Positions 8,626-17,598 of a DNA stretch of 64,000 nt are shown one piece after another (within the stretch, counting starts at the first letter, position 1; the number at the start of each line of letters is the position of its first letter). A program made the position numbers and the translations under genes. Origin of the DNA: a virus; IMG/VR virus record IMGVR_UViG_3300043446_000566, positions 1-64,000 of that record, one strand, 5' to 3'. The notes under the pieces were generated by a model. That model was not told where the DNA came from. It was given only the letters and a program-made list of their open reading frames with translations, and did no database searches.

Positions 8626-8654
8626 ATTATATATGTGATCACAAGAAAAAGCAA
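8626..8654 (-). promoter_or_regulatory. sigma70-type promoter for the glycosyltransferase/replication operon
   Basis: TTGCTT, 17 bp, TATAAT on the minus strand. Confidence 0.7.
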
Positions 8655-8660
8655 GTCACC

Positions 8661-8699
8661 AAAAGAAAAAGGGCTGGAATCAGAACAATTCCAGCCCTT
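8661..8699 (-). terminator. intrinsic terminator
   Basis: 12-bp stem AAGGGCTGGAAT/ATTCCAGCCCTT followed by a U-tract on the minus strand, just after the gene ending at 8720. Confidence 0.85.
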
Positions 8700-8719
8700 A
8701 GCTTTATCTCAGAACGAGA

Positions 8720-9001
8720 TTAGGCAGCGATGGCTTCACCGTATAGAGCCTTGCGCGAACGAGCGACATGGCGCGACTTGCGATGACCAAGGAAAGCCTT
8801 GTTAGGCTTGCCGATGCGGTACACGAAAACCTTCTCGCCACGCGAGTTGGTTACGCGGTTGGTGTAGATAGGCACACCCTCATTGCGCAAGCGGTAAGCG
8901 ATAGTGCTGATATGTTCAACCTTGAACATGGTTCGAGCCTGGCGGGCCGTGACCGAATTACCAGCAGACAGATAGTTTAGCATAGACAGTGTTGCAGACA
9001 T
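8720..9001 (-). CDS. winged HTH-like DNA-binding protein
   Basis: MLNYLSAGNSVTARQARTMFKV..ISTIAYRLRNEGVPIYTN...YRIGKP; has its own promoter and terminator. Confidence 0.7.
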   Translation of the reverse strand: MSATLSMLNYLSAGNSVTARQARTMFKVEHISTIAYRLRNEGVPIYTNRVTNSRGEKVFVYRIGKPNKAFLGHRKSRHVARSRKALYGEAIAA

Positions 9002-9073
9002 AATAATTACCTTTACAAAAAACCCCGTCAAATAATACCGCAAAGTTGGGGCTTGCCTTGCGATATACCATTT

Positions 9074-9102
9074 ATTATACTATAACGAATGGCAAAAGTC
9101 AA
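9074..9102 (-). promoter_or_regulatory. strong sigma70 promoter
   Basis: TTGACT, 17 bp, TATAAT. Confidence 0.8.
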
Positions 9103-9117
9103 ATTTGAAATTTTTGT

Positions 9118-9579
9118 TTACCAACTCGACTGGTACTCAAGATGCCACTGCTCAGGAAGCGTAAGAGCATTGTTGATAATTTCAATTGTCCCCTCGAGGT
9201 CGCCGAAATACCAATCATCATACTCGGTGCCACCGAAGAAGAATCCAGCCTGTGTCGGCAAGAGTTCGTCAGCAAGACTATGGTCTGCCAAGACTTGCGC
9301 GCAAAGGTTCTTGAGTTCTGTCAACTTTTCTTTTGAAACTAAGTAAGACTTACAATCATCTTCACCGCGCTGTACATTCTGCACGAACCAATTATGAATC
9401 TGATTCGCCTTTCGCCAGTAACCAATTTCAGCAGTTACTGTCTTGATTGGGCTGGAGTCTTCCTTCAAGTAAACCTTGAGTTCAGGAAAAACATTCAGCA
9501 ACTCATCCTTCTTGCTCTTGTCAGCCTTATCGTAATTCGAAAGATACCGACTCGCATTCAAATACATATCAAGACCCAC
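9118..9579 (-). CDS. conserved hypothetical phage protein
   Basis: MGLDMYL...YWRKANQIHNWF...LLPTQAGFFFG..EYD.WY...YQSSW; AGGAG SD. Confidence 0.85.
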   Translation of the reverse strand: MGLDMYLNASRYLSNYDKADKSKKDELLNVFPELKVYLKEDSSPIKTVTAEIGYWRKANQIHNWFVQNVQRGEDDCKSYLVSKEKLTELKNLCAQVLADHSLADELLPTQAGFFFGGTEYDDWYFGDLEGTIEIINNALTLPEQWHLEYQSSW

Positions 9580-9590
9580 GATATTCTCCT

Positions 9591-10952
9591 TTACTTTTGT
9601 ACGAAATTCTTCAGAATTTCTCTAAAGATTTCTTCCTTGAAAGCGGATTCAGTCTTATGACGACTCAGTTCTTCAATAGAGGCTTGCGAAAGTGTCAAGT
9701 TGGTGCCTCGATAGTTGAAGGTCACAGTAGCGTCCATAGGATTTCGCATCCAAGTCATTTCCTTGATATCATGCGAAACATCAGATGCAGATGTCTCGGG
9801 TGCCTTTACAGCATCCGCGTCGACCTTTGTATACAGATCCAGAAACGCAGTCTTGGTATCAGTATCGAATCGATTCAAGCAAAGTTCAATTGCCTTGAGG
9901 CGATTATTGAAGATGCTGAAAGCCTTGACAATATGCACAAGACGGCGAGTAGAGATGACCTCATCGACCGCACCATCAGCAAAAGACTTGCGGATGACCT
10001 CAGCCCAAGTGATCAGACGGTCGATAAACACAACGTCAGTCAGGTTATACAGGGCGAAATTCTTTTCAAGAATCTTGCGCTCAGTAGCAGCAGGCGGATA
10101 TTCCTGCTCAACCGTGATAGCGAAACGCTCAAGGAACGCCTCATTCAGCACGTTGGTGCCGATGAATCGACCATCGTCACTGCCCTTACCCTTAGTGTTT
10201 GCAGTCGCAATCACGTTGAAGCCAGCGGCAGGCTGAATCACCTCACCAGTCTTCTTGTCAAAGTAGGGCTTGCCTTCAAGAATCGGCTGAAGGCAGAGGA
10301 TGTCCTCAGTGCCGAGATCACACTCATCGAGAAGCAGTACAGCACCGCGACGCATTGCAGTGATGACTGGACCCTCACGGCGCACAGTGCTGCCGTCGAT
10401 CAGTTCATAAGAACCGATCAGATCCGACTCATCGGTGCGCTTAGTGATATTGACACGGATCAATTCACGCTTGAGTGCAGCACAAGCCTGCTCGATCATA
10501 AAGGTCTTGCCGTTACCAGACAAGCCAGTGATATAAATCGGGTAGAAGATACCAGACTTGATGATCGACCGCAGGTCATTGAAGAAGCCAAAGGCTACAT
10601 AGGTATCGCTCTTCTCAGGCACGAAAGACTCAGTGGTGTTAGTCGCACGGCGACTGGCAATGTTTACCACACTTGCAATCATTGCAGGAGCACTCGCCTC
10701 AACTGGCGCAGACTGCTTTACATCCCGCGGCACTACATTAGGCACAGTCAATTCGCCGAGCGATATCAAACCGCGGCTAATCTTACGCTCACGAGGAATG
10801 AAGTGCGGAAAGTGGACAATACCATTCTTCTTATTCTTACAGAAGGCAACCAGCTCCTTCAGGCGGACAGTATCTTTGCCGATACCGTTGCGCAACTTGC
10901 CAAGAATCTCATTCTTGGACTCCACAGTAGCATAATAAGACTTGCGAGACAT
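9591..10952 (-). CDS. cobS: CobS/MoxR-like AAA+ ATPase
   Basis: GLSGNGKT Walker A, LLLDE Walker B, ATANTKGKGSDDGRFIGTNVLNEAFLERF typical of T4-like phage CobS. Confidence 0.92.
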   Translation of the reverse strand: MSRKSYYATVESKNEILGKLRNGIGKDTVRLKELVAFCKNKKNGIVHFPHFIPRERKISRGLISLGELTVPNVVPRDVKQSAPVEASAPAMIASVVNIASRRATNTTESFVPEKSDTYVAFGFFNDLRSIIKSGIFYPIYITGLSGNGKTFMIEQACAALKRELIRVNITKRTDESDLIGSYELIDGSTVRREGPVITAMRRGAVLLLDECDLGTEDILCLQPILEGKPYFDKKTGEVIQPAAGFNVIATANTKGKGSDDGRFIGTNVLNEAFLERFAITVEQEYPPAATERKILEKNFALYNLTDVVFIDRLITWAEVIRKSFADGAVDEVISTRRLVHIVKAFSIFNNRLKAIELCLNRFDTDTKTAFLDLYTKVDADAVKAPETSASDVSHDIKEMTWMRNPMDATVTFNYRGTNLTLSQASIEELSRHKTESAFKEEIFREILKNFVQK

Positions 10953-10961
10953 ATTTATTCC

Positions 10962-11165
10962 TTACGAATTCACGCGAACAACATTTGCATGGTCGAGCAA
11001 TACACGCTCTCGCATGGCACTATAAACTTGAATTGGCTCATCGAGGACGACGGTATGCTGGATGCCACCGCCGTACTTGACCCGACTCAACTCAACTCGA
11101 CCAGAGACAGGGAACTCGCCCATGTACATGCCAGTCACACTCAAACCTTCAAGATTCCAATTCAT
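10962..11165 (-). CDS. hypothetical early protein
   Basis: MNWNLEGLSVTGMYMGEFPVSGRVELSRVKYGG...; first gene after promoter copy 2. Confidence 0.75.
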   Translation of the reverse strand: MNWNLEGLSVTGMYMGEFPVSGRVELSRVKYGGGIQHTVVLDEPIQVYSAMRERVLLDHANVVRVNS

Positions 11166-11195
11166 AATCACCCTGTTCATCAACCTTATAAAACT

Positions 11196-11255
11196 ATTAT
11201 ACTGATTTATAAGCAAAAGTAAAGCGGAATATTCTCTAATAGAATCAATAACTTA
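11196..11255 (-). promoter_or_regulatory. sigma70-type early promoter with IHF-consensus box (copy 2)
   Basis: TTTACT (11218-11223), 16 bp, TATAAT (11196-11201); AATCAATAACTTA at 11243-11255. Confidence 0.8.
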
Positions 11256-11390
11256 CGGAAACGCTAGGATCGCTGCCATCGCTATGGCAGAGGCGATGTT
11301 GGTATAAAAAACGAACCTGCCCAGCGGACTCTTGTCATCCATAGACATATAGGCAGACAGACAATTGACACAAAAGCATAAGATTTCCAC
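11253..11390 (-). CDS. putative 45-aa hydrophobic protein (below the ORF-track cutoff)
   Basis: GGAG SD plus GTG; MEILCFCVNCLSAYMSMDDKSPLGRFVFYTNIASAIAMAAILAFP fills the intergenic gap exactly. Confidence 0.5.
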   Translation of the reverse strand: MEILCFCVNCLSAYMSMDDKSPLGRFVFYTNIASAIAMAAILAFP

Positions 11391-11402
11391 AAATTCTCCA
11401 GA

Positions 11403-13619
11403 TTAGATAGCAGTAGCAATTTCTTCAGCGAACTTGCTGACCAGAATGCGACTAGTCTTCTTGCCCTGTTGCATCTTCTTGAACGCATTAGTGATGCCAG
11501 TCTTGGTCAGACCACGAACGTCGCCGAGCGTAGCATCAGTGATGTTTTGCTCTGAAGAGAGGACGTAGAAATACCTGTGGTAGCCAAGCGCAGAAGTCGC
11601 AAAGAACTTTTCGTCACGATAAGAATTCTTTATCTTCTTAGCGTCTTCAGGATTCATACTTGCAACAGCACCATTCAACTTGTACTTGATAAAAGAATTG
11701 TCGGCAAGATAGAAGCCAATGTGCTTGCAGCCAGTAGCAGCGGCGACCAGTTTCGTCACAGCCGTTTGCTGATCACCATTCTCGACACGAACTTTCTTGC
11801 CAGTCTTTTTCTCTACAAGATAAGTGACAATTTTGCGCGAATCGTAATAAGAGATACTCGGATCATACGGATAATTCATGCCGTTACCGCCCTCACCGTC
11901 AGTCAAATAAAGCACGTTGACGATGTCCAGTTTCTTCTCACTCTGAAACTTTCGGATCATTTCAATTGAAGCAACCAGAGTCGGGACAAACGGAGTGCCG
12001 TTCAGACCAAAACCAGCATCATCCCAGCGGCTAAAATTGCCGTGATCTTTACCAAAGGAATCGTAATCTTTACGATTGTACTCATTGATGATTACGGCAA
12101 GCATGTTGAAAGACTTGCGGTACTGAATGCTGTTCAGACTGCTGCCGATCAAATGCTTGAGATGAAAACTCCCTCCATTGATCACACCGTAAGTGGTATC
12201 GGGACTATTGAAGATCGCACGATTGGACTGACCAAGACTCGAATACCAATCATCCGAGAAGCCATAGACATCAAACGGAATGTTAGCCAGCTTGCAGAAC
12301 GAAGCAAGCACAAGACTCTGTTCGATTGTGTTGCGCATGAGGTTATACATCGAACCAGACATATCAACGTACATGATAAGACCATGGCTCTTGCCCTTCG
12401 GCACTACATCAATCTTGCGGAACAGGTCATTGCTGAACTTGTACTTGTGCAGCACATTCATGTTCAATTCGCCAGTCCGCGCAGTTGTGGTGCGGGCATA
12501 TTGCGTAGCCTTCTTGCGCATCTCGAATTCTTTCAGAAGATGCATGATGTACTTTTTATTGTTCTTGTTGAACTTGCCGACGCACTTCTGAATGACGGTA
12601 TCATAAGAAATACCATTCTTGCCATAGGGCAGATAAGTATCGGCAACTTGCTTTTTGATGAAAGACTCGAGGTCATTCATCACAACATTATTGTTTAGAA
12701 TCGCCTTGCTGAGGTCAACTTCAGGCAGATTGAATATCTGAACCAGACCAGACTCATTGATCAGTTCTTTTTCTTTAGAACGGAAAATGCGATCAGTGAC
12801 CGAGCGAGGCTCACCGTCTATGTCGCCAGAGTCTTCAGAGTTTTCAGACTCTTCACCAGACTCTTCTGCCGAGTCCGATTCTTCAGCGTCTTCATTAGAC
12901 TCTGAAGCAGCCTCGAATTGATTCGAATCGTCCCAATCGCCCGAATCATTAGAATTGTCATAGTCTTCGGACTCGCCAGAGTCTTCACCAGACTCAGGCT
13001 GCATAGCCTCATCAAGATCATCCATGCTCTTGATTTTAGTAGGCTCAGAGTCTTTTACATAACCGTAGACACGCTTGGCAATATCTTCAACTTGTTCCCA
13101 AGTCTCGGCATTGTCAATCTCGCGCAAAAAATTGCGCTCGGCATCCGAGAACGAAACGACAACATGCGCACCCAACTTGTAGTGGACGTTGATCCGATCG
13201 ATCAAATTCAACTTGCTGAGATCACCAAGTTTCTTGATGCCGAAGAAGTCGCGATCATACAGGCTCTTGTATGCATTGGCAAAAGACTTGCCAAGACCAG
13301 GGTAGCGGCGCTTCTGACGGCGCTCGATTCGAGCATCCTCGATGACGTTGAGGAAGTCCTTGTACTTGCGACGGTCAGCCTTATCAGCACTATCGATGGC
13401 GTTGTGCCAGCCCTGCTCAGGAGTATCAAGAGCATGACCGACCTCATGACCAGTCAGTAGATCATAGAGATCACCGTCCATGTCAGTCCAGATAGGGAGC
13501 GTGATGGTACGGGTCTTGAAGTCAAAGTATGCGGTACTAGTCTTCTTATGGACAACCGTGATGTTCTCGGATGCCATCAACTTGGCTAGTATCGACTTGG
13601 TGTTTTCTAGATTTGCCAT
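11403..13619 (-). CDS. CobT-like protein: N-terminal HExxH metallopeptidase-like domain, acidic linker, VWA domain
   Basis: HEVGHAL, NVIEDARIE, D/E/S-rich linker, MIDAS DMSGSM...GTP...LTDGEG; partner of the CobS ATPase. Confidence 0.88.
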   Translation of the reverse strand: MANLENTKSILAKLMASENITVVHKKTSTAYFDFKTRTITLPIWTDMDGDLYDLLTGHEVGHALDTPEQGWHNAIDSADKADRRKYKDFLNVIEDARIERRQKRRYPGLGKSFANAYKSLYDRDFFGIKKLGDLSKLNLIDRINVHYKLGAHVVVSFSDAERNFLREIDNAETWEQVEDIAKRVYGYVKDSEPTKIKSMDDLDEAMQPESGEDSGESEDYDNSNDSGDWDDSNQFEAASESNEDAEESDSAEESGEESENSEDSGDIDGEPRSVTDRIFRSKEKELINESGLVQIFNLPEVDLSKAILNNNVVMNDLESFIKKQVADTYLPYGKNGISYDTVIQKCVGKFNKNNKKYIMHLLKEFEMRKKATQYARTTTARTGELNMNVLHKYKFSNDLFRKIDVVPKGKSHGLIMYVDMSGSMYNLMRNTIEQSLVLASFCKLANIPFDVYGFSDDWYSSLGQSNRAIFNSPDTTYGVINGGSFHLKHLIGSSLNSIQYRKSFNMLAVIINEYNRKDYDSFGKDHGNFSRWDDAGFGLNGTPFVPTLVASIEMIRKFQSEKKLDIVNVLYLTDGEGGNGMNYPYDPSISYYDSRKIVTYLVEKKTGKKVRVENGDQQTAVTKLVAAATGCKHIGFYLADNSFIKYKLNGAVASMNPEDAKKIKNSYRDEKFFATSALGYHRYFYVLSSEQNITDATLGDVRGLTKTGITNAFKKMQQGKKTSRILVSKFAEEIATAI

Positions 13620-13645
13620 AAAGCCCTCAATTCAACGATAAGGCG

Positions 13646-13706
13646 AGTATGACTTACTGGAATCAAAAAGTAAAGCGTGAAAAACCCTAATAGAATCAAT
13701 GACTTA
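13646..13706 (-). promoter_or_regulatory. sigma70-type early promoter with IHF-consensus box (copy 3)
   Basis: TTTACT (13669-13674), 17 bp, CATACT (13646-13651); AATCAATGACTTA at 13694-13706. Confidence 0.75.
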
Positions 13707-14288
13707 CGCGAGTGCTTCTGGATTGCGTATGTAAGTGTTCTTGATTTTCTTGAGGTTTCGCTTCACTTTGCGCTTTGCCTGCTCAAATTTTAGTGGACTC
13801 ACCTGATCAGTATACAACTTTCCGTCTAGATGGTCAATCTCGTGTTGGATACAGACAGCTGTTAGCCCATCAAATTCTTTCTCGACGGTCTGACCATTGA
13901 TTGCATTGAATATAACCTTGATATGGCTGGGTCTTGATAATTTCAAATATAGCCCTGGATACGACAAACAGCCTTCTGAAAACTCAGCAGGTGGTCCAGA
14001 CGATTCTACAATTACAGGATTGAACATTGTCCAGATTTCTTTGCCCATATTGATAGCGCATACACGATGAGGCAGTCCAACTTGATTCGCTGATAATCCA
14101 AGACCACCTAGCTTATCAAGTGTCTCTGACATCGATACAGCGATATAACCTGCCTTCTCAGCAGCCTGCACAGAATGAAACAGATATGGAATAGTTGGCT
14201 TACGCAGAATAGGATCATACCAATCTACTAGTTTGTAGATCTCATATTCAAGCAATTCACCATTGTAGTATTTGAGTTTAGTAGCCAT
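13704..14288 (-). CDS. def: peptide deformylase
   Basis: GLGLSANQVG, EGCLSYP and QHEIDHLDG motifs. Confidence 0.95.
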   Translation of the reverse strand: MATKLKYYNGELLEYEIYKLVDWYDPILRKPTIPYLFHSVQAAEKAGYIAVSMSETLDKLGGLGLSANQVGLPHRVCAINMGKEIWTMFNPVIVESSGPPAEFSEGCLSYPGLYLKLSRPSHIKVIFNAINGQTVEKEFDGLTAVCIQHEIDHLDGKLYTDQVSPLKFEQAKRKVKRNLKKIKNTYIRNPEALA

Positions 14289-14291
14289 ATG

Positions 14292-15998
14292 TTACACCAT
14301 TTGAGAGAAGTTCTTGACTTTAGCAAACTTGATTGTGTTGTTGAACTTGTCAGCTAGCACATCACCCTTGTGAGAGATGACAAAGATATTGGTGTTCTCG
14401 TTGAACATATTTATCAGCTTGAGAAATTCTTCAGTGCCACTGTTATCTAGAGAGCCATCAAAGACTTCATCGAAGATCAGTAGGTTTGTATTCGCGCTGT
14501 TCTTTAGTTTTGCGACTGCTCTCCATGTGAATAGCAAAGCAAGATCGATTCTCTTCTTCTCACCTTCAGAAAAATTCTCATAGCTAAAGTCATCACGATG
14601 CCGCGACTTGATTGTTTCTTTGAACTCTTCATCGATGTTGAAGTTTACAAAAAAGCCCATCGTTGCCAGATACTTGTTTACTAGCTTATTGATGATTGGT
14701 ATATACTGCTTGATGATCTTAGTCTTGATACCGCCATCTTTCAATAGCTGTTGGGCAATCTCATAGTGCTGTACGTTAGCGACTGCGATTTTACGCTGCT
14801 CGTTATACGTCTGAAGACTATTCAGCAACTCTTTTGATTGTGCTTTGAAATTATCACTCATCGCTGGCTTGCTTTCTATTTCATTCACTTCAGCTTCTAG
14901 CTTAGTGACATAGCTTTTGACTTGCTTGTGGCTTGTAGTGATGCGAACTAGTTCTTGCTCTAGTTCGTTCAGTTCTTTTTGTGTCTTCTTGATTGCATTG
15001 ATTCGCGTCAAGACTGCATCGCTTTCTTCTTTTAGTTTTGCTAGACCATCGTTCAAGTCTATGATCTTTGTAGAACACAGATGCAGCTTCTCATCTTTGT
15101 TGTGGATAGTCTGATCGCAAGTAGGGCAGTTTGAGTTCTGCTGATAGAACTCAACATCTTTTTGGATCTTTTGAAGATTGTTTTCTATCTTTGCTTCTAA
15201 TTGATTCAGTTTAGTGAACTTCTTAGAGTTAGCATCTTCATCAAGAATAGACGCTTCTAGAGCGTCAATTCGACTCATCTTCTCAACAGCTTCAGCAGTA
15301 AGATTCGTGAGAGACAGCTTGTTCTCTTCGATCTCTTTCTTCTTTGCATCTACAAGTTCTTTTGTGTTCTTCTTCAGTTCATCTAGATGCTTTTTGTGCA
15401 GTTCTATCTTGTCTTTGACGTTCTCGATCTGAGATTTCAACAAGTTGCTTTGCTCTTTAGCAGCAGACAATTTGCTCTTGACAACTGTATTCATCGAACT
15501 GAAAATTTGAATATCGAGCAAGTCTTCAATAACCGAACGACGATCAGCAGCAGATAGCTGCATGAATGGTGTAAAGTTTGTGCTGCCAAGAATTACAATC
15601 TGCGTGAATGACTTGTAGTTCATTCTCAGAATTGTTTTCTCTAGCTGGTCTTGGTAATCTTTTGCTCGTGCGTCTTGATTGAGCATCTCATCATCGCACC
15701 AAATTTCAAATATGTTTGGCTTGATGCCACGAATTACCTTATACTTCTTAGAAGCAATATGAAACTTCAGTTCAACGACACACTCTTTGCCGTTGATTGA
15801 GTTTATCAGCTGTGGCTTGTTGATGTTTCGAAAAGGCTTGCCGAAAAGCCCGAACGTGATTGCATCAAGAAACGATGACTTGCCAGCGCCGTTTTCGCCG
15901 ACAATCAAAGTCATCACATTTTCATCTAGCTTGATCTCGGTAAATACATTTCCTGATGACAGAAAATTTTTGTATTTGATAGACTTGAATACGATCAC
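14292..15998 (-). CDS. gp46: recombination endonuclease subunit (Rad50/SbcC-like)
   Basis: GENGAGKS, CPTC zinc hook, FSEGEK signature, LIFDEVFD. Confidence 0.97.
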   Translation of the reverse strand: MIVFKSIKYKNFLSSGNVFTEIKLDENVMTLIVGENGAGKSSFLDAITFGLFGKPFRNINKPQLINSINGKECVVELKFHIASKKYKVIRGIKPNIFEIWCDDEMLNQDARAKDYQDQLEKTILRMNYKSFTQIVILGSTNFTPFMQLSAADRRSVIEDLLDIQIFSSMNTVVKSKLSAAKEQSNLLKSQIENVKDKIELHKKHLDELKKNTKELVDAKKKEIEENKLSLTNLTAEAVEKMSRIDALEASILDEDANSKKFTKLNQLEAKIENNLQKIQKDVEFYQQNSNCPTCDQTIHNKDEKLHLCSTKIIDLNDGLAKLKEESDAVLTRINAIKKTQKELNELEQELVRITTSHKQVKSYVTKLEAEVNEIESKPAMSDNFKAQSKELLNSLQTYNEQRKIAVANVQHYEIAQQLLKDGGIKTKIIKQYIPIINKLVNKYLATMGFFVNFNIDEEFKETIKSRHRDDFSYENFSEGEKKRIDLALLFTWRAVAKLKNSANTNLLIFDEVFDGSLDNSGTEEFLKLINMFNENTNIFVISHKGDVLADKFNNTIKFAKVKNFSQMV

Positions 15999-17059
15999 AC
16001 TGACTCCATTGCGATAGCTTCATTGTATATATCGCGCATGACAGTCTTTATTTTATCTGATTCGACAGGCAAAGTCAAATTATCAATGTACTTGTACAGA
16101 ATGCTGATCGTATCTTCAGCTTGATCAACATCAATGTCATCAGCTTCAGAAGTGATCTCTGTAAAGTCTTCTACGACAGTTACATCAAGCGGACTGACTT
16201 GAGCAATCTCATCGAGAAATGTATCAAACATGTAAGCATTTGTTTTCTTTTCAACTACAATCTTCACATACTTGCCAGCAAAATCAGAAATATTCTGTTG
16301 TGAGATTTCGCTCAGAGAATTGATGTTCTCATCGTTGTATCTGATCTTGTAGAACATTCTATGCGGATTCGTGATAAACGTCAGTTCGTGAGTATCGGTA
16401 TCAAGAATATGAAAGCCGCGAACATCGTCACAGTCTGACCAGGTCATTTCATATGGAGTGCCGACATAGTTGATATGCCCATCATTACTCTTATGGTGAA
16501 AGTGACCAGAAAGAACCATCTCGTACTTTTTCAGTACAGAAGCATTCATGCCCTCGTGGCAAATATTACCACGATCCATTTCATAGCCAGCAAGTTCAAA
16601 ATGCCCTAGACAAATTGAAGCAGTGCTGCGCTTGATAAAATCTGCGATCTCTGCTTCGTTGTCTTGACAGATCCAAGGAATGATGTCAATACCGAATTCT
16701 TTATCGCTATGTGGCTTATCGAAAATACAAATATTTTCGTACTCTTTCAACAGCAACTGAGGAGAGTTCACATCTAGCGTATTCTTGAATGCGATATCGT
16801 GATTGCCGAGTAGAGTATAAAAGCTGATGTTTTTATCGCGCATGACATCAAAGAAATACTTGCGGCAAAGCGCAAGAGTCTGGAATGAGATATACTTGCG
16901 ACGATCAAACAGGTCACCCAGCTGATATACTATGTTGATTCCATTCTCTTCGAGATATGGAAAAAACACTTCTGTATAAAACTTCTTATACAGATTATGA
17001 AAGGCTAGACTATCTGATCTAACGCCAAAATGGCAGTCGCCAAGTATTGCTATCTTCAT
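15995..17059 (-). CDS. gp47: recombination endonuclease subunit (Mre11/SbcD-like)
   Basis: GDCHFG, LGDLFD, GNHD and SGHFH phosphoesterase motifs. Confidence 0.97.
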   Translation of the reverse strand: MKIAILGDCHFGVRSDSLAFHNLYKKFYTEVFFPYLEENGINIVYQLGDLFDRRKYISFQTLALCRKYFFDVMRDKNISFYTLLGNHDIAFKNTLDVNSPQLLLKEYENICIFDKPHSDKEFGIDIIPWICQDNEAEIADFIKRSTASICLGHFELAGYEMDRGNICHEGMNASVLKKYEMVLSGHFHHKSNDGHINYVGTPYEMTWSDCDDVRGFHILDTDTHELTFITNPHRMFYKIRYNDENINSLSEISQQNISDFAGKYVKIVVEKKTNAYMFDTFLDEIAQVSPLDVTVVEDFTEITSEADDIDVDQAEDTISILYKYIDNLTLPVESDKIKTVMRDIYNEAIAMESV

Positions 17060-17589
17060 AGACCCTCATCTACAAATTTTTCAAGTGCTGTTTTCTTTGC
17101 TACTTTTTTAGTATTTCTGGCTGTCTCGTAGTTTTCGATAAACTCTGAGATGTTCTCGTAGAGTTCAAATTGGCGGAATGTGCCATCCTCATTCTCATTG
17201 AGTTCAAACTCATCCAGTACGCCAGCTGATTCAGTTGCTTTGTATTTGACATAGAGTTGCTTCTTTTCTTTTTGAATGCGTCTTAGAAAGGCATAATACG
17301 TTATTTGGGTAAAATAAGCAAACGGATTGTTAGACTTCGAGGGATCAAAATTATCTACATACATCACACAATTTTCAATCGCATCAGCGACCATCTCATC
17401 ACGAAAGGTATATGACAAGAAGTTTGGTTTGTGCGAAAGGTTCTCAGCAATTTTCATAAAGCACTCAGCCACATATCTAGGAATCTGCGGCTTCTTCTCT
17501 TTGAGTCTCTTTGCTTTTGATACTGCCTGACGATACTTGATCATCTCAGTCAGAAAGTCTTTGTTGTTGATATAGTGATTCTTTGCCAT
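17056..17589 (-). CDS. gp55: late-transcription sigma factor
   Basis: HYINNKDF, KIAENLSHKPNF..YTFRDEM..DAIENC, NPFAYFTQI.YYAFLRRIQKEKKQ. Confidence 0.97.
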   Translation of the reverse strand: MAKNHYINNKDFLTEMIKYRQAVSKAKRLKEKKPQIPRYVAECFMKIAENLSHKPNFLSYTFRDEMVADAIENCVMYVDNFDPSKSNNPFAYFTQITYYAFLRRIQKEKKQLYVKYKATESAGVLDEFELNENEDGTFRQFELYENISEFIENYETARNTKKVAKKTALEKFVDEGL

Positions 17590-17598
17590 GATATGCTC

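Noticed and set aside
9597-11222. 541-aa plus-strand ORF antisense to cobS, and similar ORFs at 12042-12698 and 12918-13460
   Set aside because: Shadow frames produced by the codon bias of the real minus-strand genes; no motifs, SD or promoter
11282-11488. 68-aa minus-strand ORF from the track
   Set aside because: Overlaps the VWA gene; the alternative frame 11253-11390 has an SD and fits the gap better
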